Shown one piece after another: positions 37,735 to 48,407 of a stretch of 64,000 nt of DNA; position 1 is the stretch's first letter; every line of letters begins with the position of its first letter. A program made the position numbers and the translations under genes. Under the pieces are notes generated by a model that ran no database searches, was not told the origin of the DNA, and saw only the letters and a list, made by a program, of their open reading frames with translations. This stretch comes from a bacterium (lineage in GTDB: Bacteria > Fidelibacterota > Fidelibacteria > Fidelibacterales > Fidelibacteraceae). The stretch lies in the NCBI GenBank assembly GCA_963676395.1, contig OY781066.1, forward strand, positions 384,001-448,000, read 5' to 3'.

Positions 37735-39828
37735 TTAGTTACTGATAGCTATTTCAAAATCAGCTTGAGCACGTGACATATTTATCTTTACCACTCTAAC
37801 ATTCAGTTTATCGCCCAATCTATATTTTTCACCTGACCTAAGGCCTGAAAGTTGATGATATTTTTTTTCATAATCCCAAATATCTGAAGGTAGAGAATCT
37901 CTACGGACATATCCCTCAACAAATATATTTTCCAGCTCAACCCAAAAACCACCGGGAGATACGCCTGAAATAATGCCAGGAAATACATCTCCCAAATGAT
38001 TCGATATATATCGCATTTGCTTGATCTTATGATACTCTCTTTCAGCTTCTAAAGCTCTCAGCTCAGATGCGGAACACTTTTTAGCGACTTCTTTTAACTT
38101 GCTTTTTAGCTCGGGATTATAAAATTGCCCCTTGATGTACAACTTTAACAAACGATGAACTATCAAATCGGGATATCGTCTGATAGGTGATGTAAAATGC
38201 GTATAATCATCAAAGGCTAGACCGAAATGTCCCACAGGTTTTACACTATACTTGGCTTTGGTCATTGTACGAAGAGCAAGCTTCATGACATAAGGAGAAT
38301 CATTTTGTTTGAGAATTGATTTTAAAGCTTTCTGAAACTTCTTAGATGTAATAGGCATTCCGAAAAAAGTTACATTCAATCCAAAAGCATCCATTAATGC
38401 AAACCATTCATAAATACTGTCCGCCTCGGGAATATCGTGGATTCTATAAATAAAGGGGACGGTTGTCCCACGAGATCGAGCAAACTTTGCAACACTTTGA
38501 TTTGCCAACAACATAAATTCTTCAACAATATGATGTGACCACATTCTTTCCCGTAAGGTAATACTGATAGGAATGCCTTTATCATTCAATTTATATTGCG
38601 GTTCAGGCAAATCGAAATCAATACTTCCTTCATTTATTCGCTTTTTGTTCAATAACTTTGCCAATTCACTCATACGAATTAATTCTTTTACATAATCCCC
38701 ATCGCCTTTATCAAGAATGCTTTGAGCTTCAGTGTAAGTGAATCGTCGTTTACTGTGAATAATGGAATTGAACACATCATACTTGATACATTCCCCGGTT
38801 TTTGTTACGGTCATCAAAACCGACATGGCAAGTCTGTCTTGATTCGGTTGAAGCGAACATAATTCGGTAGAAAGTTTTTCAGGGAGCATATGCACAACGT
38901 GATCTGTAAAATAAACAGATGTCCCTCTTAAAATAGCATCATCATCTAGCGGAGTATTTTCACAAACATAATGAGCTACATCGGCAATATGGACCCCCAA
39001 CAAATAATGACCTTCTTCTGTAATCTCAATCGAAACTGCATCATCATAATCTTTGGCGTCATCAGGATCTATTGTAAAACAATCTAAGCCTCGAAGATCC
39101 CGTCGTTCAGGATCATTCGGGATACTAAATTCAAGCTCATCCACATACTTCATTGTTAGATCAGAAAAAGCGTCGGGTATATTATGCTTATTGGCGACCA
39201 TCACGGCATCAAATTCCGCCACCTGTTCTTTCCCAATAATACTAACAATCTCTCCACGATGACGCTCTCCTCCCTTACGCCAATCCGTAATACGTGCCAT
39301 AATATATTCACCTTCTTGAGGTTCCAGTCCATTGAATTTTTCCAGAATGATCTCATTTTGAAGATGATGTATTGCGGGAATTGCCAATTCGTATCCACGC
39401 AATTGGTGATATGTACATACAAATTTATCTTTACGACGTTCAATTATTCGTGTAACATGCCCTTCGCGATCTTTATCTCCGGCTTGCTTACGATGTAAAA
39501 CCAAAGCTACGGTATCACCGTGACAGGCACTTAGAAGATTGTGCTCTGATATATGTATCTTTTGTCCGTCTTCCAGATGAACAAAAGCAAATCCACGAGG
39601 ATGCATATCAATAGCACCCTGTACTTCGCCACTTTGATCAACCAAACCATAGGAATTACCTTTAAAACGATACAATTTCCCCTCTCTAGCCATGTTTTTT
39701 ACGGTATCTCTAAAGAATGGATATTCGTGGCTATCGATGTTCAGTTTATCTGCAAATTGTTTGATCTTAAGACGTGAATGAGGTTTCACCTTAAGATATT
39801 TCATGATCATGTTAGAATAGTTTTTCAT
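37735..39828 (-). CDS. rnr: ribonuclease R
   Basis: N-terminal HTH and cold-shock domains, FTIDPDDAKDYDDA, VHIADV, VEEFMLLAN, YTHFTSPIRRYPDL, C-terminal S1. Confidence 0.95.
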   Translation of the reverse strand: MKNYSNMIMKYLKVKPHSRLKIKQFADKLNIDSHEYPFFRDTVKNMAREGKLYRFKGNSYGLVDQSGEVQGAIDMHPRGFAFVHLEDGQKIHISEHNLLSACHGDTVALVLHRKQAGDKDREGHVTRIIERRKDKFVCTYHQLRGYELAIPAIHHLQNEIILEKFNGLEPQEGEYIMARITDWRKGGERHRGEIVSIIGKEQVAEFDAVMVANKHNIPDAFSDLTMKYVDELEFSIPNDPERRDLRGLDCFTIDPDDAKDYDDAVSIEITEEGHYLLGVHIADVAHYVCENTPLDDDAILRGTSVYFTDHVVHMLPEKLSTELCSLQPNQDRLAMSVLMTVTKTGECIKYDVFNSIIHSKRRFTYTEAQSILDKGDGDYVKELIRMSELAKLLNKKRINEGSIDFDLPEPQYKLNDKGIPISITLRERMWSHHIVEEFMLLANQSVAKFARSRGTTVPFIYRIHDIPEADSIYEWFALMDAFGLNVTFFGMPITSKKFQKALKSILKQNDSPYVMKLALRTMTKAKYSVKPVGHFGLAFDDYTHFTSPIRRYPDLIVHRLLKLYIKGQFYNPELKSKLKEVAKKCSASELRALEAEREYHKIKQMRYISNHLGDVFPGIISGVSPGGFWVELENIFVEGYVRRDSLPSDIWDYEKKYHQLSGLRSGEKYRLGDKLNVRVVKINMSRAQADFEIAISN

Positions 39829-40068
39829 TGTTGAAAAATACTATATCGCAAGATAATATCCCAGTCTTCTTTTCAATAGACTTTGTCTTAAAGTCAAAGT
39901 TGTTAAATTCTCAAAATAATACTCAATTCTCTTTATCGCCCTGCAATAACTTTATTTCATTGACGGATCTTCAAGCTTTTACTTTTCTTTTTCCTTTATA
40001 CTTTTGCCTTTTGTCTTGAATGGTTATATTAGGCAGTAATTTACAACAAAATTTTAAAAGGGCACATC

Positions 40069-40338
40069 ATGGCCAGACACGCAGCAAAAGTCGGACGGGT
40101 AATAGGGATCATCCTAATTGCAGCCATCATTGGTGGAGCATTGGGACATCTTTTCGCAAACATTCTACCAGCAGGGCCGGTAAAAGATTTCTTTGGAGTG
40201 AATTTCCCAATTGGATTTAACAATTTCACACTCAATCTGTACTTTTTGGAATTCACGTTGGGATTTAGGATCCATATTAATTTCTTAAGTGTGATCGGTG
40301 TTCTTGTCGGCTACTATATCATGCGCTTTACCAGATAA
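40069..40338 (+). CDS. small membrane protein (DUF4321-like)
   Basis: Two hydrophobic segments flanking a beta hairpin ([21 protein letters not shown]). Confidence 0.65.
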   Translation: MARHAAKVGRVIGIILIAAIIGGALGHLFANILPAGPVKDFFGVNFPIGFNNFTLNLYFLEFTLGFRIHINFLSVIGVLVGYYIMRFTR

Positions 40339-40349
40339 AAGAGGAAAAC

Positions 40350-41705
40350 ATGTCAAAACTTATTCAGGAATTTTTAAAACGATATAATGATACACTTGAT
40401 TTGAATATCATGACTCAGGTTAATGAAAAGTGGTTGACCGAGCATGAGAACGAACAAGCTAAAATAAAAGGACCGCTTTCCGGTAAGCTTATCGCCATTA
40501 AAGATAATATGAATGTTACGGGATTGCAGACTTCCTGCGGCTCTGAATTCTTAAAGAATTATATCGCTCCCTATGATGCTACCGTGATCGAAAAAATTAA
40601 AAAAGCCGGTGGAATTATTGTAGGCAAAGCAAATCAAGATGAATTTGCCATGGGTTCTTCAAATGAATATTCAGCCTTTGGCCCAACTAAAAATCCTGTA
40701 AATCCCAACCATGTACCGGGTGGTTCCAGTGGTGGTTCTGCGGCAGCTGTTGCAGCCGGCTTGGTTGATTATGCTTTAGGTTCAGATACAGGTGGTTCTA
40801 TCCGCCAACCTGCCGGCTTTTGTGGTGTTGTCGGACTTAAACCAACTTATGGTCGTGTATCCCGTTACGGATTAACAGCTTTTGCATCATCATTGGATCA
40901 GATTGGTCCCATCACGAAAACAGTTAAGCAATCAGCAGAACTTCTTCAGGTTATCGCCGGTAAAGATCCTAACGATGCAAGCTCTGCCGAGGTTGATGTG
41001 GAAGATTATGTTGCTACGTTAAATAATGATTCTGTCAAGACTATCGGCGTCCCATACCATCTATTACAAGAAGGTTTAGACCCCGAAGTAAAAGCGCGTA
41101 TAGAAGAAGCAATCGAGATGTTAAAAAAAGATGGAAAAGAGATCAAAGAGATCGAACTTCCATACTTAAAATATTCAATCGCAGCTTACTACATTCTTGC
41201 TACAGCAGAAGCTTCATCAAACCTTGCCCGCTTTGACGGGGTTCGTTATGGTGCACGCAAAGAAGGTGATGTTGAGAGCATTAATGAGTTTTATGCCAAG
41301 AATCGTGAAGCGGGTTTTGGGCCAGAAGTCAAACGACGCATCATGTTAGGCACCTATGTTCTTTCATCGGGATATTACGATGCATACTATGCAAAAGCTC
41401 AAAAAGTCCGCAGACTAATCTATGAAGATTTCCAAAAAGCATATGATAAAGTGGATGCCATCATCTTACCGACTTGTCCAACACCGGCTTTTAAGATCGG
41501 TGAACTCGTCAATGACCCTATGGCTATGTACTTAAGTGATATCTTTACCGTTTCGATTAATATTGCCGGTATCCCGGGAATTTCGGTTCCCGTTGGGAAA
41601 ACTGAAGGCGGATTACCTGTCGGAATGCAAATTCTTGGGAACCTCTACGAGGAAGGCAAAATATTACAATTAGCCCAACGAGTGGAAATACTGCAAAACT
41701 CATAA
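40350..41705 (+). CDS. gatA: Asp/Glu-tRNA amidotransferase subunit A
   Basis: [55 protein letters not shown]. Confidence 0.96.
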   Translation: MSKLIQEFLKRYNDTLDLNIMTQVNEKWLTEHENEQAKIKGPLSGKLIAIKDNMNVTGLQTSCGSEFLKNYIAPYDATVIEKIKKAGGIIVGKANQDEFAMGSSNEYSAFGPTKNPVNPNHVPGGSSGGSAAAVAAGLVDYALGSDTGGSIRQPAGFCGVVGLKPTYGRVSRYGLTAFASSLDQIGPITKTVKQSAELLQVIAGKDPNDASSAEVDVEDYVATLNNDSVKTIGVPYHLLQEGLDPEVKARIEEAIEMLKKDGKEIKEIELPYLKYSIAAYYILATAEASSNLARFDGVRYGARKEGDVESINEFYAKNREAGFGPEVKRRIMLGTYVLSSGYYDAYYAKAQKVRRLIYEDFQKAYDKVDAIILPTCPTPAFKIGELVNDPMAMYLSDIFTVSINIAGIPGISVPVGKTEGGLPVGMQILGNLYEEGKILQLAQRVEILQNS

Positions 41706-41716
41706 CGGATTATTAT

Positions 41717-43267
41717 ATGAAAGTGAAGCAACTCCTTTCATTACTTATTTTACTCATTTCATCGCAAGCTTTTGCTTTATATCATGATGCCGGCAATTTT
41801 TTTGCGAAACCGGCAGACAGACAAGTCGTAAAATCAAGTTTAGAAACTATGGGCTTGGCTAAACAAAACTCTCGCCCGGAAAGGAATTTCCAATACAGAA
41901 CACCCGAAGGTTATTTTATTATCCACTATGATACAACAGGTATACATGCAGTTCCTATGGATTTCAACCATAATGACAGTCTTCCTGATTTTGTAGTTAA
42001 AGCGGCAGAATATCTGGATGCCTCATATAATACACTGCACCGCGAACTTGGCTTTAGTACACCGCCCGTTGATCACATCGATTCACCGGAAATTGATGTA
42101 TATTTTAAATATGATCTGACTTACTATGGCGTAACAATGTTCAGCAATACCGGGAATACGGATCCCAGGCCTGCATACCTCACATTAAGCACCGAATTAA
42201 ATGATTCTACTACATTTTACACCTATGGTCTTGAAGGACTAAGGGTTACCTGCGCTCATGAGTTATTCCATATTTTTCAACTGGGTTACAGATTTCGCTC
42301 CCAAGATATATTCTATTTTGAGATGTCCTCAGTATGGTTCGAAGAACACATGTATCCTGAAGTAAATGATTATCATTCTTATATTGAAGAGTATTCTCAA
42401 AATTGGAAATACGCCATAAACTCCGGATCCCTGTGGTATAATAATGTTGGATTTAATATGTATATCGATAAACGCTTTTCTACAGAGAGTGTTAATATTA
42501 TAAAAAATATATGGGATAGAATTAGAACAGTTGAAGCCTTGCCTGCTATAAAAGATGAACTGGAGGCGCAAGGCATTACATTTGAAGAAGCTCTTCGTGA
42601 CTGGGGAACAGCGCAAGTACTGTGCGGTTCTTACGCTGCCGAAGGTTTTGCTTATGCTTTTAATGATGCCTCCGATCTTGAGCCAATTTCATTTGACAAT
42701 TATGAAGAAATGATAGTTGAAGGTATGGCCAAAGACATCGGTCTTACATCAAATCCCGGTGTCTTTTATTACAAATTAACAGATCTGCCCGAAAATGTTT
42801 TTCTATTCGATATGATCATTAGCGAGGGCAGCGATGCAAATCTTGTCTGCTTGGATAGCAATCGCTCCGAAATAAAGCACTTTACCGGCTCACCGCTCCT
42901 TGTTGACGGCAATCGGTTCAGAGAGTGTATTTTAGTGATTGGATTAGATGCTGAAAATGCCATCGGCTCACTTTCTATCACAGAAATGTTTTCAGATCAA
43001 TTAGCAAATATTTGGCCTAATCCTTTAGGCCGAAATGAGGAACTCTCTTTATCCTATGTTCTTCTAGAAGAAAGCAATAAAGCAGATATCACCATCTATG
43101 ATCTCAAGGGTAGGAAACTCTATTCCCAATCTTTGGCAACGGCATTAAAAGGTGCCGGCTTACAAGAATTGCGAATACGCCCCCAGAACCTGGCCTCAGG
43201 CATTTATATTATTAGCCTTCATACAGATGAAGGAGTAATGGCAGGAAAATTTACCTTTATCAAGTAA
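41717..43267 (+). CDS. secreted zinc metalloprotease (MXAN_6640-like) with T9SS type A C-terminal domain
   Basis: Signal peptide, F.IHYDTTG, AHELFH..Q.GY, FEMSSVWFEE, C-terminal WPNP...IYDLKGR...LASGIY. Confidence 0.75.
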   Translation: MKVKQLLSLLILLISSQAFALYHDAGNFFAKPADRQVVKSSLETMGLAKQNSRPERNFQYRTPEGYFIIHYDTTGIHAVPMDFNHNDSLPDFVVKAAEYLDASYNTLHRELGFSTPPVDHIDSPEIDVYFKYDLTYYGVTMFSNTGNTDPRPAYLTLSTELNDSTTFYTYGLEGLRVTCAHELFHIFQLGYRFRSQDIFYFEMSSVWFEEHMYPEVNDYHSYIEEYSQNWKYAINSGSLWYNNVGFNMYIDKRFSTESVNIIKNIWDRIRTVEALPAIKDELEAQGITFEEALRDWGTAQVLCGSYAAEGFAYAFNDASDLEPISFDNYEEMIVEGMAKDIGLTSNPGVFYYKLTDLPENVFLFDMIISEGSDANLVCLDSNRSEIKHFTGSPLLVDGNRFRECILVIGLDAENAIGSLSITEMFSDQLANIWPNPLGRNEELSLSYVLLEESNKADITIYDLKGRKLYSQSLATALKGAGLQELRIRPQNLASGIYIISLHTDEGVMAGKFTFIK

Positions 43268-43301
43268 TAAAGCGACTCGATTTATCGCGTCTCAAAATTT
43301 T

Positions 43302-43904
43302 ATGAAATTCCTCACCATAAAATCGCCAGCAGAAAGCAAATTCACCGTCAAGGGAAGCAAATTCTTAGGATATGCCTATCCGGTGGAAAATACAGAAGCA
43401 ATCGAAGACATATTGACCGGTATTCGAAAAAAATACTATGATGCTACTCACCATTGTTATGCATGGCAGTTGGGACTTGATAAAAACATTACTTTTCGGT
43501 ATAACGATGACGGCGAACCGTCCGGAACGGCCGGAAAACCTATTTATGGCGCTATACAGCGCTTAAATCTAACACATGTACTCGTAGTGTCCATTCGTTA
43601 CTACGGCGGCACAAAACTCGGCACAGGCGGACTTATCAAGGCCTACGGACAATCCGCAAGTGATACGCTGGAGCTTGCCACGATCAAAACGGTTGAGATC
43701 GGCGACAGACTCTCATTTACATGTTCTTATGAGCAGCATCCCATTATCATGCGTTTGCTTAATCAATATCATCTCATCAATTTTTCTCAAGATTTTACGG
43801 ACAAAGTTATGATTAATATCGAAGTGGATGAAAATGATACGCAGCGCATCCTGGAAGAAGTAAAGAATGCTACGAATGGGATGATTATAGGAGATATTCT
43901 GTAG
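43302..43904 (+). CDS. yigZ: IMPACT family protein YigZ
   Basis: KGSKF, ATHHCYA, DDGEPSGTAGKP, RYYGGTKLGTGGL. Confidence 0.93.
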   Translation: MKFLTIKSPAESKFTVKGSKFLGYAYPVENTEAIEDILTGIRKKYYDATHHCYAWQLGLDKNITFRYNDDGEPSGTAGKPIYGAIQRLNLTHVLVVSIRYYGGTKLGTGGLIKAYGQSASDTLELATIKTVEIGDRLSFTCSYEQHPIIMRLLNQYHLINFSQDFTDKVMINIEVDENDTQRILEEVKNATNGMIIGDIL

Positions 43905-44035
43905 GTAGCATCATTTCGAGGATGTACGGGTGATTCGCAAATTGCCCTTTGGTCTCCTACGGGAGGCTTTCTTCTTTGCCATGGCTATGGCAAGCAGGTG
44001 GGAGCATTTCTTATTTCAAGATCAATTTTAATTTT

Positions 44036-44065
44036 AAAAAGCCACGCAAATGCGTGACTTTTTTT
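44036..44065. terminator. bidirectional terminator at the left end of the island
   Basis: AAAAAGCCACGCA-a-ATGCGTGACTTTTTTT. Confidence 0.75.
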
Positions 44066-44095
44066 AATAATCATTGTTTATAATGAATATTAAAC

Positions 44096-44515
44096 TTATT
44101 GTGTAACCGTAAAAGTCCCAATTACTTGACCAACAGTATTTTGGGTACACTTTGCAATAACTCCACTAATTTCACCATCCTCATATATAGCACTTTCAAT
44201 ACCCAAGAAATATTGGCCGATATAACCGGCTTCAAGAGTCATATACATATCACCCTGTACAGTGGGAGAATAATACCCACGTGTAATTAATGCATTTTCC
44301 CATTCCCAAACATCAATAGTTCCAGTTATATCCCAGCTATCACCGAATAAGCTTTCTTCATATTCGCCTTCTAATACTAATGTCAAATCACTTGCTTCAC
44401 CATTAATAGTTGCCGTTCCTGTCCAGGTACCGAACAAAGGAAAAGCCGGCTCCAGTGAGCAACCGACAAAAATAATCATAACGAACATTGCCAAATTTAT
44501 TAGAGCTGATTTCAT
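44096..44515 (-). CDS. hypothetical lipoprotein (beta-rich)
   Basis: MKSALINLAMFVMIIFVGC lipobox; GTWTG motif; start trimmed to 44515. Confidence 0.7.
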   Translation of the reverse strand: MKSALINLAMFVMIIFVGCSLEPAFPLFGTWTGTATINGEASDLTLVLEGEYEESLFGDSWDITGTIDVWEWENALITRGYYSPTVQGDMYMTLEAGYIGQYFLGIESAIYEDGEISGVIAKCTQNTVGQVIGTFTVTQ

Positions 44516-44567
44516 TTTTTCCCTTATTCTTTGTATTATTTCTTTTCCAGAACAAATAATAATTAGA

Positions 44568-45344
44568 TTACTCTGTCCCTTTAACAGGAGGTAATCCTTC
44601 TTTCCATCTCTTATTTTCTTTATCAAAGTATAAATCAATGGCTTTATTTGTAATAGGAAACTCGAATTTTGTTTTTTCTAATACGTTTCCAGCAACATCT
44701 GTTTTAGTAGTAATATCAAAAAACGCTACTTTTACATTAATTGACTCTGGTTTAGGCGCTGTGGGAAATATAAGTAAACCACTGTATTCAAATCCGGGTA
44801 GAATTTCTTTATTTAAATCGTTTATGAGAGTATAGTTACGACGATTACTCTCTATTACTCTGGCACCGAAACCTGCGTATGACCAAGAATCATTATTTTC
44901 AATAGATGTAATCCAATCCTTTAATTCATTAATATCACCGATGGCTTTTAAAGGTTCTCTTTCATCTTCAATTAAATAAATCCTGGCATCTTTCATTCTC
45001 AATATATGTTCTGTATTATTTATTATCCTTACTTTGAAAACTGTCATCCCGGCATTACTACGTTCAAACATATAATACCATTGATGACCGTTAAGATCCT
45101 TTGGGAATACAGATGCGGTATATTCATATGCCCCATTGAACAATGAAGGTGATATTTCAAAGTATTCCGGGTAATCATATGTTTCTGCAATTGAAATTGG
45201 GGTTAAATCAATAATAACATTTGATTTTTCAATACTAGGATTATCGTCAATTCTTCTGGTACGAAAAGTATGTGTAGTTGAAAAACAACCAAATAGTAAT
45301 GCCATAAGACTTAAAACTAGACAAAGGTTTACCATCTTTTTCAT
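44568..45344 (-). CDS. hypothetical lipoprotein
   Basis: MKKMVNLCLVLSLMALLFGC lipobox; AGGAG RBS; EILPGFEYSGLLIFP Ig-like strand. Confidence 0.75.
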   Translation of the reverse strand: MKKMVNLCLVLSLMALLFGCFSTTHTFRTRRIDDNPSIEKSNVIIDLTPISIAETYDYPEYFEISPSLFNGAYEYTASVFPKDLNGHQWYYMFERSNAGMTVFKVRIINNTEHILRMKDARIYLIEDEREPLKAIGDINELKDWITSIENNDSWSYAGFGARVIESNRRNYTLINDLNKEILPGFEYSGLLIFPTAPKPESINVKVAFFDITTKTDVAGNVLEKTKFEFPITNKAIDLYFDKENKRWKEGLPPVKGTE

Positions 45345-45504
45345 TTTTTTCTCCTTATTTTTTTATTAACTATATATCTTTTATTTAATCCATGATTATA
45401 ATACTATATTATTTTTGGGTAGGGCACGCTGATATATATCGATGCCACAACATTTTCAAAAATCATTTATCGTAAACATTCCCTCTCATTGCAGACGTGC
45501 TAAT

Positions 45505-47865
45505 CTACTTCATATATACCATCTTCCTCGTCTCAACAAAATCCCCGGCTTTTAGGGTATATATGTATATCCCCGTCGATAAACCGTGTACAGATGGATC
45601 GAATTTTAATTCATAGTGACCGGCATCCAATTCATCTTCCATTGAAAATACTTCTTTTGAATTTAGATCAAATACCTTCAATGTTACGTCTGAATGTTCC
45701 GGAAGATCATAGGATATTGTTGTACTTGGGTTGAAGGGATTGGGATAGTTTTGTGAAAGGTTATATTCACTTGGTATCTTTGTAATTGAAGTACCAATTG
45801 CTTGAATATATAATTTATAATTTGAGCACCAATATTGACTTTGACTTGGCACATTAACTCCAATATAATATTCTCCAATATTTATTCCATTAACATCTTG
45901 AGGTTTAAAGGTTATTGTTTCTGAACCAGAGCCATTTTCCGACAAAGTAACATTATCGTTTCCGATTTTATAATCACTACTATTAATAGTAGAATTTGAG
46001 GATAAATAGTATTCTATTTCTAAGTTTGAAAGCATACCACCAGCTACTTCATTCGTTATAACAGTTATTGTAATCGTTTCATCCATATTTGTGGGATTAT
46101 TATCAGCTGATATTGATGTTATATTAAGCTCTCCATTAACTTGTGTTAAAGTCAATTGGGTGTTGGTAACCCAATATTCTCCTTCATCGGGTATTGTTAT
46201 CCCGATATAGTAATTACCTGCACTTAAACCACTTATATCTTCTGGAACAAACGTAATATCTTCAGTCCCAGATGCATTTGCAGATAAGGTCACCTGATCA
46301 TCACCCAAATAAAAATCTGAAGTAGTTATAACATTATCAGTTGATAAATAGTATTGAATTCTTCTATTCGCTACTGCTACTCCACCTGCTTCTCGTATAC
46401 TAATTGTAATCGTTTCACTTTCATTTAAGGAACAAGGATTCAGAGTGGCTGCAATTCCTGTCAGTTCTAGATCTGTATATATCGGCGATGTAATTGTAAC
46501 AGGATCAGTTCTCCACCATCTATTACCTTCATCGGGAATCATCACACCCACATAATAATCTCCAGTTGTTAAACCAGTAATATTTTCTGGTTTAAAAGCT
46601 ATATTTTCACTTCCCGAGCCATTTGCAGAAAGGGTAACATAATCATTACCAATATAATAATCACTTGTTGTAATGTCCGTATCAGTTGATAAATAATATT
46701 TTATTTCACGATTTGATACTGATTCACCACCAACTTCTCTTACATCTAAAGTAATTGTTTCATTGACATTCATTGGACATGGATTTTGGCTGAAAGATAT
46801 ACCGGGGATTTCAAGATCCGCATATACGGCCGACTCAATATCAAGTGGTGTTGTATAATTCCAAGATGCCAATTGATCAAGTATTCGAATTGTTAACCAG
46901 TATCTACCAGGCGTTAATGAACTTATACTTTCAGGAACGAAAGATAATGATTCTGTTCCTGAACCATAAGCTGAAAGATTAATATAATCTGAACCAATCT
47001 CGTATGTTATTGAATGATTACTATCATTTGTTAAATGATAAGTCATTTTTAAATTTGATACCGATCCACCTTGGATTTCCCTAACGTTAACTGTAATACT
47101 ACATGATTTATTCATTTTACATGGATTGGGATTAACACTTATATGGTAAACTTCGGCTTCAGCAGCATCCTGAATGGTTAATAAATCATTACGCCAATAA
47201 TATTGATTTTCATCAGGAATTATTATTCCGACGTAATAGTCACCTTTTGTCAATCCACTAACACTATTAGGTCTAAAACTTATTGTTTCGGTACCTTGTC
47301 CATATGCAGATAACGAGACATAATCATCACCAATATAATAATCACTGGTTGTAATTGTTGTATTTGTAGATAAATAATACTGTATTTTACGATTAGAGAC
47401 AGAAGAACCTCCCACCTCGTTAACCGTCAGAGTAATTGTTTCAATTTCATTCATCTTACAGGGATCCTTACTCAATGCAATAGCAGAAATTTGGAGATCA
47501 GAAGCAGTCGGAACTAATGAAACTTTACTTTTTTTTTCACTACCCTCATTAATAAATCCGGATTCTACTGAAGTATTTTCTTCTCTTGGAGATAATATTA
47601 TTTCTTTTTTATACACGGTTTTTTCTGGTAGAGAATTTGTCTGCTCAATTTCTTTAGCTATTATTTCTGAAGATTCTGTTTTAGAGTTTTGAGAATTCAG
47701 TGGAAAAACATTAATTTCAAATATATTTTGTTCACTTTCTTTTTCCGTTTCGATTTTAGGATTCTTTGAAATCTGAGCAGACTCACCACCCATAAGTATT
47801 GTCACGGATAAAAGTATTGAAAATAGAACAAATTTCTTCAGTTTAACACTTTTTACAGTTTTCAT
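45505..47865 (-). CDS. secreted protein with five CARDB/Ig-like repeats and a T9SS type A sorting domain
   Basis: Signal peptide; five ~113-aa repeats (DL.I..I...NP...NETIT..V.E.GG...YYLST..TIT.SDY.IG.D.V.L...G.YY.G); C-terminal LSQNYPNPFNPST...GIYIY.L; start trimmed to 47865. Confidence 0.85.
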   Translation of the reverse strand: MKTVKSVKLKKFVLFSILLSVTILMGGESAQISKNPKIETEKESEQNIFEINVFPLNSQNSKTESSEIIAKEIEQTNSLPEKTVYKKEIILSPREENTSVESGFINEGSEKKSKVSLVPTASDLQISAIALSKDPCKMNEIETITLTVNEVGGSSVSNRKIQYYLSTNTTITTSDYYIGDDYVSLSAYGQGTETISFRPNSVSGLTKGDYYVGIIIPDENQYYWRNDLLTIQDAAEAEVYHISVNPNPCKMNKSCSITVNVREIQGGSVSNLKMTYHLTNDSNHSITYEIGSDYINLSAYGSGTESLSFVPESISSLTPGRYWLTIRILDQLASWNYTTPLDIESAVYADLEIPGISFSQNPCPMNVNETITLDVREVGGESVSNREIKYYLSTDTDITTSDYYIGNDYVTLSANGSGSENIAFKPENITGLTTGDYYVGVMIPDEGNRWWRTDPVTITSPIYTDLELTGIAATLNPCSLNESETITISIREAGGVAVANRRIQYYLSTDNVITTSDFYLGDDQVTLSANASGTEDITFVPEDISGLSAGNYYIGITIPDEGEYWVTNTQLTLTQVNGELNITSISADNNPTNMDETITITVITNEVAGGMLSNLEIEYYLSSNSTINSSDYKIGNDNVTLSENGSGSETITFKPQDVNGINIGEYYIGVNVPSQSQYWCSNYKLYIQAIGTSITKIPSEYNLSQNYPNPFNPSTTISYDLPEHSDVTLKVFDLNSKEVFSMEDELDAGHYELKFDPSVHGLSTGIYIYTLKAGDFVETRKMVYMK

Positions 47866-47917
47866 TTTCTTCTTCTCCTTATTTGTAATTAATTGCATTA
47901 TCTGTACTTTTTTACAT

Positions 47918-48181
47918 TTATTCCTTGACGGTTACGCGTAACCGCTGTAACTTTTCTCCGTATTGTTTAGCAAGATCTTCGAAATAGGATAGAACCCGGG
48001 CAGAATTGTCTTTGCGTAAAATCACGCGATTGACGATAGTCTTTTTAACCCCCAACGCACGGGCGACATCGGTCTGTTTTAATCCTGCTACGATCAGCAG
48101 TTCTTTCATATACAAGGTATCGACTTCCTGATTTCCACTTAGAATGGGTGAATCTGGCGTATTCGCAGTTCGAGAACTCAT
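47918..48181 (-). CDS. small Cro/Ner-like helix-turn-helix protein
   Basis: GLKQTDVARALGVKKTIVNRVI HTH; divergent from the CI-like gene. Confidence 0.7.
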   Translation of the reverse strand: MSSRTANTPDSPILSGNQEVDTLYMKELLIVAGLKQTDVARALGVKKTIVNRVILRKDNSARVLSYFEDLAKQYGEKLQRLRVTVKE

Positions 48182-48308
48182 AAAACCTCTAGTTTTTCAA
48201 ATTCCGGGTCAGTCTATACTAATTTCTTTATTGAGAGCAGGTAATGATGTAATAAATCGTTTAATTATGTTTAAATGTCTGTCCCTGCCTTATTGGCGCG
48301 TACGATAA

Positions 48309-48374
48309 TGCACTATTTTACACGTCTGTATTATATTATGTATTATCATACACTTTGTCAAGTACTATTATACA
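48309..48374 (-). promoter_or_regulatory. promoter overlapped by three operator-like palindromes
   Basis: Minus-strand TTGACA(48356-48361)-17-TAATAT(48333-48338); TGTA-N6-TACA-like sites at 48309-48322, 48339-48352 and 48361-48374. Confidence 0.7.
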
Positions 48375-48407
48375 TTATTTCTTTTTTATTTAATAAAAGG
48401 TACACTT

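Noticed and set aside
39975..40020. Pyrimidine-rich ~7-nt imperfect tandem repeats (similar at 18830-18850)
   Set aside because: Short low-complexity tracts with no supportable function
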